64,000 bases of DNA from Sphagnum compactum (Eukaryota), in contig OZ234493.1 of NCBI GenBank assembly GCA_965153455.1, forward strand, positions 31,486,213-31,550,212, written 5' to 3'. Positions 54,156 to 64,000 of this stretch are shown here, in pieces. The position numbers and the translations under genes were made by a program. The notes under the pieces are model-generated. The model was given only the letters and a program-made list of their open reading frames with translations. It had not been told where the DNA came from and did not search any database. Numbering within the stretch: the stretch's first letter is position 1; each line of letters starts with the position of its first letter.

Positions 54156-54852
54156 ATGTGATTGAACATCCACATTCATGTCACCAATTTGGTGTGCGTA
54201 GTCTGCATGTCTTTACCAAAATTCTTACAGGTGACAGGATAGAGATCACAATCAGCAAATGATGTAGAAGCCCTCAATCATTCTGCACGGTTTACAAAAG
54301 CTAGCTCAGAGACCAATATGGAGAGGTGGTGTTTCTGTTTTTAACTCCATTTCTATGCATGATTTGATGATAGCTGTGTGAAGCCATTTTCCCAGAATCA
54401 TGTTTATAGCAGCTCTATGTAGACATGATCTTCTTGTTATGGTGGAACACAACTAGTTAAGTTTCTACACAGATTTAAACACAGGGAGATGTACAACATG
54501 GTAAAACCCTTCAGGTCGTTCTTGAACAGACTTATGTTAATAGGTGCACAGCAATTATGGAATGCACAAGTTCAGTGCTGACGTTTTAAGTAATAAACAT
54601 CACTGGAAATATTGCTTGCTGAAAACTTGTGCATTCAAAGAATGAAGATGTTTTGTTCTTTTTCCCGGTACAGAAGACTTCAGGCAACACCTGCCTCTGC
54701 CTGAAGTCCAACAAAATAAAACTCAGACCCATCTGCAAAAAATGGGCTGTTACACCTACAAAAGTATGGGTGCTTTCTATCACAGAAATTGGTGGGTAGT
54801 TCATGTGGAGACAACCACAGATCTAAATTGCTCCTCCTACTCAAGTAACATG

Positions 54853-55560
54853 TTATTGCTCAAACAAGCCTTTAACATAAACCATGCCCTTCTCCATCAG
54901 GGAAAGCTCCCTTCGGAGGCGGTCAATTTGTTCATCATCTCCTTGCACAATGACATCAGTCGAGGATTCATCATCTGCAACAATAATCTTCACCTGAATC
55001 TGCTCTTTTCTTGAAGCCCTTGTCCAGTAGTACACTCCTCTGCATCCAGAAACATTGCCCTCTTTAATCTTGACCTTGCTGAAGAAAGCCACAGGGGGAG
55101 AGAGAGTGAGAGAGACATTGCTCTAGTTAAAACAGCATATGCATCCACTGAAGAAGAGCAAGAGAGATGATGGGAAAGGAACTCGTACGCAAGAGGGCTG
55201 AATATTGTCAATAGATACCACTTCTCGCCAATGTCTGGCACAGCAATCGAGAGCACAAGACCCAAACAAGCCAAGCTCACTAAACTGCAAAATGTCAGAA
55301 AAGCGGCTTGTCCACGGCTTGGCATCATCATCCCTTCAAACCTGCATGCATCAAGTAAAAGTTTCCTCAATAAGCTTGCTTTGAGCTAGTTATTCACATC
55401 TTGCAAGGACTGATGATGTCAATTGCAAAGTGCAAAAGAGCAACAGACTGTTTGACCAATCAATCTCCACTTCACATTTTTGGATAGCTCCTATAACCAT
55501 TGCAATTAGGCTTTTTACTCCTGCATCAGATTTGCATCCTTGGTCCTGCATCACAAACCC

Positions 55561-55597
<37 letters not shown>

Positions 55598-56724
55598 TGC
55601 AAGGTCATGTCAATTGCAAAGTGCAAAAGAGCAACAGACTGTGTGACCAATCAATCTCCACTTCAAATTTTGAGATAACTCTTATAACCATCGCAATTAG
55701 GGTTTTTACTACTGCACAGATTTGCATCCATAGTCCTGCCTGCATCACAAACCAGAGAGAGAGAGAGAGTGTGTGTGTGTCCTCACGTGATTGTGTCACC
55801 CCTGCCTGTCACAAGAAAATTGTTGCGTGTGAAGAAGGAAGAAATTTCGGCTGCAATTTGCCTGGGAGATTTGCCTTGTTCCATCGTTGAGCCTTGCACG
55901 AGAAAGGTCTTCTTCACAACCTGTGTCACCAAGTTCTTCCACATCTTAGGAACTGGATTGCATGCCATACCTATTCTCGGAGAGAGTGACACACACATCC
56001 GATTTATGATGTCCTTTGAGCTCAAAATCACTAAAGCAAAAGCTTCACAGCACAATTGATGCTTCTTCAATTGCACAGACAAAATCCTTCCACCTTCTTC
56101 TCTTTGAAAAAATGCAAAAAAAGAAAAGGAAAAGGATGCAACAGGCAGACAGACCTTAGATTTCGTCGACCGCTTGACGAGGGACCATACGCCTGGTAAC
56201 GACAACAAAAAGAGGCCGAGCGAAGTGTAGTAGCTCGCTTGCGAGTAACCTCCACTGCCGGCCTCAGCTATGGCAGAATAAACTAGCACCAAAGGCGCCA
56301 CACCGTATAACTGGAACAACTCCTCTCCATCGCTTGTGTCTCTCTCTCCTTCAAAGCCACGTTCTCCTTCTCCATCTCCTTTCCAATTGTCGAGATCCTG
56401 CAATCCAGATGATGATGCTGATGATGATGTTTGCGGGAGTTCAGGACCACCGATCGTTGTCGTCGTCGTCGTCCTCCTCCTCCTCCTCCTCGGAGACGGG
56501 AGCTCCTGACCACGGCAACATATTCTGAGGGGAATTTTTTTGTTGCATCTGAGGTGCAGAATTGACGAAGAAGCCCACGCAGGACGAGGAGGAAGAAGAC
56601 AAAGAAGAAGACGAGGAGGAACAGAACAAGGAGGAGGAGGAGGAGGAGATGGTTGTCGAAAAGAAGCAGCAACAGGCGGAGAGGAGAAAACAGAGGTAAA
56701 GCCACCTCCGCCTACAACCTGCAT
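54853..56724 (-). CDS. CCB1: Cofactor assembly of complex C subunit B 1 (cytochrome b6 heme ci attachment), chloroplastic, 347 aa; exons 56724-56155, 55920-55787, 55341-55189, 55039-54853
   Basis: Transit-peptide-like N-terminus, then GYSQASYYTSLGLFLLSLPGVWSLVKRSTKSK|VVKKTF..FFTRNNF..GDTIT|FEGMMMPSRGQAAFLTFC..SPLA|GVYYWTRASRKEQIQVK..VQGDDEQIDRLRRELSLMEKGMVYVKGLFEQ. GT-AG introns, in frame. Confidence 0.93.
55398..55769. repeat. ~190-bp tandem duplication in CCB1 intron 2, each copy ending in a (GA)n microsatellite
   Basis: Both copies share ATCTTGCAAGG..TGTCAATTGCAAAGTGCAAAAGAGCAACAGACTGT.TGACCAATCAATCTCCACTTCA..CCTGCATCACAAACC.(GA)n. Confidence 0.9.
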
Positions 56725-57232
56725 TGCAACAACACACACGATAAGCTCCAAAGGGAAGAAGAAGCGAAAGCCAAAACGCTCCACAAAAAGAAAAAAAAAA
56801 AAGAAAGAAAAACACTCGGGAAACGAAGAGAACACAAGACCGAAGAGATCGCGCAAGAGGAGAGAGAGAGAGAGAGACGAAGGCCAGCAGGCAGTCACTC
56901 GCTGCACATCCCCTTGGCAAAGGGAAATTATGGATGATCATGAATGCTCATGGATGATAATGGGTGATGGTGGATGTGAGATGGGTATCTGGTCACACAA
57001 AGGAGGGGGTTGGGCAGAATGCTTAGTAATGAAGGTTTTTTTAATGTTGTAGAGGAGACTTTAAAGGAAAGGGGAAAACCCAATTTGTAGAGGGACAATC
57101 CCATATTTTGGATGAAATGTCTACAGACTACTATTGATGTTAGCTTGATGGATGATTAATGGGTGATGGTGGATGTGAGATGATGACATCAGGGAGATGG
57201 GTATCATCCAGTCACACAAAGGTGCCCTAGAG

Positions 57233-57589
57233 CAGTGTTGTGCGGTTATTTGAATTTTTTTTAATAAAAAATAATCGACGGCTCTGGTTCTTTTAAAAAA
57301 TCAATAATTAAAGAATCACGGTTCTGGTTTTTTGGAGGAACATCAGAATCAAATCAAAGAACCTCCGGTTCTCATTATTCCAGAACCATCAAAGAACCGG
57401 CCACAAACAAGTGGTCATCAAGGCAGGTTTTTTTCAATTAAAAAAATTCCATTTTTTTAGAACCGTGGTTATATACCAAAATTGGTTTTTGGGAATTTTT
57501 TTCACCCCAATCAGGTAAGTGAAAAACATATACCTGGGCTGATAACCAGTGGGTATCTATAGCAGATTCTAATAACTGCCCCAACTTTG
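57233..57589. mobile_element. MITE-like element of a dispersed CAGTGTTGGGCGGTT family
   Basis: Left end CAGTGTTGTGCGGTTATT; right end AATAACTGCCCCAACTTTG (degenerate inverted match); internal GGTTCT/AGAACC motifs. Related termini at 6400, 7831-7846 (inverted), 16406 and 45320. Confidence 0.55.
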
Positions 57590-58869
57590 GCAATGAAAAT
57601 GCTTAGTAATAAACTTTTGTAATGTTTTGGATGAAAAATTTGACATGTCAGATGAAGCCCCAAGGTCAAGGGCTTTACCCAAATAAGGGCCCTTGCCTAG
57701 GAGGTAGTTGAGTGCTCCTCCTTTGTATGGACCCGATTTCCATAATGCCCTCGACCAAGGCCTTTACCCATCATAAAGATCCACCATAACATTTCTTTAA
57801 GGATCGGTGGAATTTTACAAGGCACAACACCAAAATTATAAAGCCCACTCCAAATATACTAGGGAATTTCTGGTGGATCTTTATGGGATGGGAAAAACCA
57901 ATTTGTAGTTGGACAATGCAAAATTTTGAATGAATGTCTAGGTAATATTGATGTTGCCATGATGGATGATACTCGGTGATGGTGGATGTGAGATGAGAAA
58001 CATTGGGGAAACAATGGGTAGTCACAAAATGGGGGCTAGGCTAGGCTAGGCTAGGCTAGGCTAGTAAGGAGAATGATTATTAGGGTATGAGGTTTTGTGT
58101 TTTGGAGGAAATTTTGAAGGAAAGGCAAAGGCCAATTTGTAGTGGGACAATGCAAAATTTTGAATGAATGTCTAGGTTATATTTGAAGTGATTTTATTTT
58201 TTCATCCGCATGCCTAACACAAATGTTCTGAAAAGAAAAGTAACAAGCTGGCCATTTGTGATGGATGTGAGAGAACTAGTTTCATATTGACAAGAACAAA
58301 GTATTTGGGATTTGTATCAAATGAAAACATCAAACAAAATTAATATTCATTCATACAAAGTTTGACACAAGTAAATAATCTAGATAATGATTTTTGTGGA
58401 TCTATATTAAATTGTACAAATTCATGATAGAAGACTGGTGTTGCTATAATTTTGATTCAAGCTTGCAAAACTTTATTGATAGACACATTGTAGATCAGGA
58501 AAATGTACAAAGGGATAAGAAAAAAGAAAAGGGAGAATTTACAGGATGTCAAGTTAAGCTCAAACTAGATGTCAAAATATATCCATGTCAAAAATCGAAC
58601 ACTTGCAGTAGGTCAGTTGTATTTTTTTCATATGAAAAATCAGTCACTTGCAATAAGTTGGTTGTGGAGATGGAAGGTGTGCTTTGAAGGGGTGGAAGTC
58701 GAAAAGTAGTTAGGCCTATGGTTACTACTTGACTTAAATGGAGGATGCTTTTAACCTTTGCAATGTGATTCAAATTTTTTGTCAAAGAAAAGTAATCAAA
58801 ACAAAAAAGAAGGCTTTATGGTTATTTTAAGCTCCAAATGGCGTTGGCATAATTGTGTAAAAACACATC

Positions 58870-59660
58870 CACATGCTTATGTAGACATCCAAATACCTCC
58901 ATTACTAAGGGGAGGAGTTCATCAGCGGGGTGTTAATCATGATAACTCTATTCTTTAGCTTGAATCGCATCAAAACCAACAAACCCTTGCGTGGTGCAAG
59001 ATCCAAGAAGTAAATCTACTCGTGTTGGGTCGACAATGACAATGTCAATAAAGATGCGAATACCATCTTTGGTGAGCACAATGTTGATTCTTCGATAGGA
59101 GTTGAACATGTTTAAAGGAAGTGCATGTAGTTGTTTTCGCCTCACATGGAAGCTAGCATCCCGTGTAATGACAACAAAGGTGTTATGAATTACATCATGA
59201 ATTCCTATGTGCTCATTGTCATGAACACAACATAAGAGGTAGATACCTATAGGGTCGGTGAAATGTGTGCACATGCATCAAGGATACCTGCAATTGAGGG
59301 AGTAATCCAAATCATATTACAAGGATGGTGAAAAAGATTGAAGAAACTAATTGAAAGGCTAATAAGATTGGTTGAATTGTAAACCAAACACCCACCCTTG
59401 AGTCAAAACATGATAAAATTTGAACACAATGGGCTTAAGATATCCATCGAATAACATGTTATAAAAGGTATGATGATGTAGACGTTTCAAAATGGAATTT
59501 TGAAGTTGAACCATTTGCTGCTTGATGAGTTGTTCAAACAAAAAAAGACATACGAACATCAAGGATGATAGAAGATCACATGCCAATTTGAGATGTTGAA
59601 AAAAGAATGTGTTATTACTAAAAAAAAAACCCAACTGGTAAAACACACCATAAAACATAA
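58870..59660 (-). mobile_element. Relic of an RLE-type (CRE/R2-like) non-LTR retrotransposon C-terminus; boundaries approximate
   Basis: Minus ORF CTHFTDPIGIYLLCCVHDNEHIGIHDVIHNTF..RDASFHV..RRINIVLTKDGIRIFIDIVIVDPTR..AIQAKE resembles a decayed CCHC knuckle followed by a restriction-like endonuclease (R-PD..D) region. Confidence 0.6.
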
Positions 59661-59669
59661 TAAATACCA

Positions 59670-59843
59670 TCAGATTGCTCTCCTTGTTTCTGATTGGTCC
59701 AGGTGGTTGGCTACAAGTAATTGCAACGTATTTGCAGTCCCTCTTTCAGTCTTATGGGTGGGGTTGCAAAAAAGTAAATAACTAAACTTGGATGTGAGAA
59801 ATACTTTTGCAGGGTCACATACTGAGCACCAGTGGGGATGCTC
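59670..59843. mobile_element. Right half of the Tourist-like MITE family seen at 41317-41692
   Basis: Near-identical ATGGGTGGGGTTGCA.AAAAGTAAATAACTAAACTTGGATGTGA..GGTCACATACTGAGCA..GATGCTC, followed by TAA. Confidence 0.8.
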
Positions 59844-60332
59844 TAAGGGGCAGAACCCATAACCTTATAGTTGGATCATAGCTAAAAGTTTGAAGAATGA
59901 AGTTTAATCACCTGTGTCATAACCCAAGAAACTCAGAAGAGATCTTCCATTTGGCAGATTTCCACCCTGCAATGAATGAAAAAGATATGTTGGGGAATTG
60001 TACATGGGACATATACGGCAGTGTCTCTGTGCACTAAAGATAATAACAGTGAGCAAAGCTGTTGTCATTATGCACCAGATGACATCACAGAGCGACAGAA
60101 AACACAGTGTCTTATCCAAAAGAATGATACCTGCTAACTAACTACTGGTGCCTACATGACAAAATCAGATGCACATCTAAGTCATGTAGAGAATGGTTTC
60201 TTTTTTCCACAGAAAGGAGAAGCCATTTGCCAACAAATACTAAGTACTCTAGAGGAGCTTCTTGCCCCTTTTTATATCCCTTGTATCATCTCCATTTGAC
60301 ATCATCAACAAGGTTAGTGCACTTCCTTCTCT

Positions 60333-63300
60333 CTATGGAGGCGGTTCGCTCCCAAATCTCTGTGACAAAAACTCGTCAAGCTGCCCTGGTTTCTGAGCTC
60401 CAGTAGCATCCATGTTATTTGATGGTAATCCGTGAATACATGACAAAATCAGATGCACGTCTCTAAACAATCTGCCATAAACCACACACTGTTAGTGTCT
60501 CACAGAGAGAGAGGAATTGTGGCAGATAACATGCTTACTGCTGATAGTTCAACCTGGAAGAAAGTATGTCTCCTGACCACTGTACGGCTGCAATCACATA
60601 CCTTAGTTATGCTGTTTGGAGTCTGGAAGGTTTGGATATATGTACCTGCGGTTTCCTTGGGGGGTGGTTATGTCTAACTTGGAAAATGCTGTTGTGAGTT
60701 GAGAGTGAAAGAGTAGAACAATCCGCCTGTCAAAACAATGCTGAAACTCAGTAAACTATGAATGAATTAAGAAAGATTGCTCCACCAACTGATTGGGATT
60801 TCTATGTGCACCAGTGATTGACAATTCCTCCCCTGAAGAATTGCTTCATGACCAGATTCATACAGCCATGAGCTTCAAGTCAGTGTTACCTACTCAAGCA
60901 TCACTAGGAGCCAACTACATTTCGCTTACATGTCAACAAGAAAATGACATGTCGAGATCTACAAACCTAGAGCAGAAAACACATTCCAGAAGATCATATC
61001 TTCATTGCTCCTTCACATGTCCTAGAGTACATAAGTATTTAGGAAAATCTGAAAGACAAAAGAAACTGCAAATTTGACAGACATTTTCCTAATCACATGA
61101 AGGGCTATCAATGGATGCTTACATAAAAATTGATCTCAAATCTGAATCCAATAGCAGTGGTGACAAAACTTTGTGCAGAAGCCCAACTTCCTGCGTACAA
61201 TAGAATTGGTGTCACCCAACTACATATGTGAAGCAGAGTATAAATGACACAACTGCATACAATCGACCACCAGAACAGACAAGAAGCATGACATATGCAG
61301 CTCTCTTGGAAATTCTTGAATGCCCAGATTTAGGGTTTGAGTTTTGAGTTTTGAAACTTTAAGGGTTTAGGGTTTAGGGTCCATAGAAAATTCTGATTGC
61401 TCTTGAATGAAAAGATCAGTTGGTTTTGAACATCTCACCTTAGTCAAAGTCCGGGCATACTGGCTGGGCTGATTATCACCATCATCAGGCCGGTTCCAGG
61501 TCTCAGCAACCTCAGGGAGCGTCTTGAGATGCACAAGCAATCGCTCTTTCATGATTGCAACAAGTTTTGAGTGGATCTCATCTCTGTGTACTTTGTAATC
61601 CTGAAACACTCCAACCCCAAAACCAATGAATTCTATTATATTTTTACTAGCGAAAGGATAAGGACATAGACACCATAAGCAAACAAGGTGTACAGCACAT
61701 AGTATCATGCAAGTGCTATCCCTTCATTACCCATACTTCTACACATTAATAAAGCCTTCTGAAAATACTGATGGGCAGAGAAGGATTACCAAATGGTCAT
61801 AGACTTACCAGGCTACTGACCCTACTGACTATAGTCCAAAATAACACCCCTTGCAAGTCTTGCTCTAGTTCACTTGGCACAATGATAAGAGTATACAAGA
61901 GAGTGTCAAGGACAGTAGAAAAATTTGGATTCACCTGTCCAACACGGTCAATCTCAGTCAATAGGAGTGCCTTTCGTGCTTCTGGAATGTGAGCTGCTAG
62001 ACGCCTCCGGATGTCTGCCATATCCAGCCATATATATAATTGAGACATCAACATTTGACTTTCTTAAGGCCAAGTCTGGACTACAATCACTTGAGCCCCA
62101 ACCCTCAAATACACAAGCAGACCCCCATCAGACTGATGGACACTTTGCATTGTTTTGGATCTGATCCAATTGAAACTCTGCCACTATCTGTGTGTGTAAG
62201 CTGTGCACATGGTACTCAAAAATGTGAAGCTTGCATATGTCACTACTTGTTGACCCTCTGGCCATATGTTAGGTGTAAGTAGGACCTTGACTGGCATGAG
62301 TAAGATGCATGGCAATCAGCCTTCCAAGATTCTGCTGGAAAGATCTGTTCAAGGAGCTCAGTTCAAATAGAAAGGATCAGGATAATGAAAGATGAGAATC
62401 TTACCAGGAATCAGGCAGTAAAAAAAGCTGATGCTCTGGCTGGCTAATGCCAAGTGCTTTGTTGTGATAGATTTTAACCCGGAAACCTGATCAACAAACA
62501 ACCAGCCCAAAAGGTCCAGGAATTCAGCTCAATTGCATCTACTATGACAAGTAACAGGAAATAGAAAATAATCATCTTTCAGACTTCTTGTGACCAACTA
62601 CATCAGTTTTTATGAGATTTCTTACAGAAGCATCCAAGCTCCCAAATAACCCTTTAGACAAAGAAAGGATGTGGACTGGCTGAGATGAAATTGAAACCAA
62701 TGCAAAAAACAAATGCCACAGTTGCACTGTAAACTTCATAGCTACCCCTCCAAATGAATTAACACCCAGAATGAAGTATCTTCAATGTCTAGGAAACAAG
62801 CAAACAAAGAGAACAGGTTGATGGACTGGAAATCCAACAATCAGACAGTAACAAAGAACAAAGGAACTAAACAAGTTTCATAGGTGGATATCAGGAGAGA
62901 AACCTGCATGGCCCCAGCACCAAGCACCAGCTGGCAAGAACGGGAATTATACAGCTTCAAGATTTCAGCTACACGGTGGACAACTTCTGTGGCCAAAGAG
63001 GGGAGAGCATTGCTGATGTCCATGTACTCAGCAATCATCTTCAACAGTATGAGCCCACTGCATTCATAAAATGCAGCTCCCATAAGCAAATAGAGAAAGG
63101 CTGGGTCACCATCACACAAGGCAACTTCAGATGGAAAAAAGGACATCTGCGATGCTGATGGGAAAAGATTGACTACCAGTTTACACAGTGGTATGTTATT
63201 CCTTGGACATAAAGAGTCTTCACAGATGCTTTCTCTCGACCCTTTTTCCCTTTAGTAGCAACTGTATCTGACAACAATGTTTCACTGGGCAATGGGTTCG

Positions 63301-64000
63301 GTGTCAAGACTGCTGTGTTTATGTTGTTTGGAGTTGGGTTTTCTCCTCCTTCAGTTGTAGAGCTCCCAGCTCGAATACCTCGGTCTGTTGTATCTTCAGC
63401 TGTAATGATCTGGGAGAACAAAATTGCAAGCCATTGTATCAGATTCAACTACAGGTATACATGTTTAAAGGTAGCTGTTGCCAACCACTAACTTACAACC
63501 ATCCAAACCCTAAACCCTACACAAATAAATCGTAAGGCTTCAACTTCATCAGGTGTTAGGATAAAACTTATATCACTACAGTGCTCTGTACCCAGTCTGA
63601 AAATAGTTGTTCCTAAGCATTTTGTTTACCTGAGTCTACCTTTCTTCTCTTCAGTACCTATAGCATGTGTACTGAATGAAACTATTTGACAGCATCAAAT
63701 TTTATATTATTTTCTCATGTTCTCACATCCTTTAAATTCTGCACATTGCTCAATATCATGATAAGGTCCTAATTTTCAGCCTCACCTTTCCATTAGTTTG
63801 ACCCATAGTGCTGTCAGGTACTGGTGTCTCCTCTGCTATGGAGGACTCTGGAGCATCACTAAATCGGTCAAGTAAGTCTGCTGAGCCGTGGGAAGCCTCC
63901 TCACTTGGTGAAATAATGCCATTGCTTTCTGCTGAAGTGAGAGAGTCTACAATCGCCTGAAATTCATCAGGTGCATCAACTGCTACCCATGTCTCTTGCT
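60333..64000 (-). CDS. VPS54: Vacuolar protein sorting 54 (GARP complex), 3' part; exons >64000-63786, 63409-63177, 63057-62904, 62486-62405, 62014-61935, 61600-61439, 61190-61123, 60726-60646, 60471-60333
   Basis: YHCVNC|GLILLKMIAEYMDISNALPSLATEVVHRVAEILKLYNSRSCQLVLGAGAMQ|VSGLKSITTKHLALASQ..|DYKVHRDEIHSKLVAIMKERL..PSQYARTLTK|EVG..PGQLDEFLSQRFG, the Vps54 C-terminal signature. GT-AG introns with consistent phases. Confidence 0.93.

Noticed and set aside
24544..64000. VPS11 and VPS54 (two tethering-complex subunits) within ~35 kb as a functional cluster
   Set aside because: They belong to different complexes and are separated by unrelated genes; chance proximity is sufficient.

Overview
Eukaryotic, intron-containing land-plant DNA. 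The inference is a moss/bryophyte, plausibly Sphagnum, based on gene content, GT-AG introns, TTTAGGG motifs and the repeat style; this is not verifiable here. Nine protein-coding genes can be built by hand from splice sites: UER1/NRS-ER (+), a thioredoxin-like 3-3 with a WCHAC motif (-), VPS11 (+), an FCP1/NIF-type HAD protein with a long Trp/Gly-rich tail (+), a SUB1-like type II membrane protein (+), an intronless SERF/4F5 (+), an RMA/RNF5-type RING E3 (+), CCB1 (-) and the 3' part of VPS54 (-). The AT-rich spacers hold decayed DNA transposons (two hAT types, a pogo/DDE_1, a CACTA-like element, a Tourist-like MITE and a Helitron-like element), a solo-LTR-like element, an RLE-type non-LTR relic and many gene-adjacent minisatellites. 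The most interesting observations are: (1) the NIF/HAD protein with 55-aa repeats and GW/WG motifs, a candidate Argonaute hook; (2) a hybrid telomere-repeat/spacer array with reciprocal CpG decay; (3) a higher-order ABCD-ABCCD minisatellite upstream of UER1; (4) a three-level TE nest. No rRNA, tRNA or CRISPR array was found.
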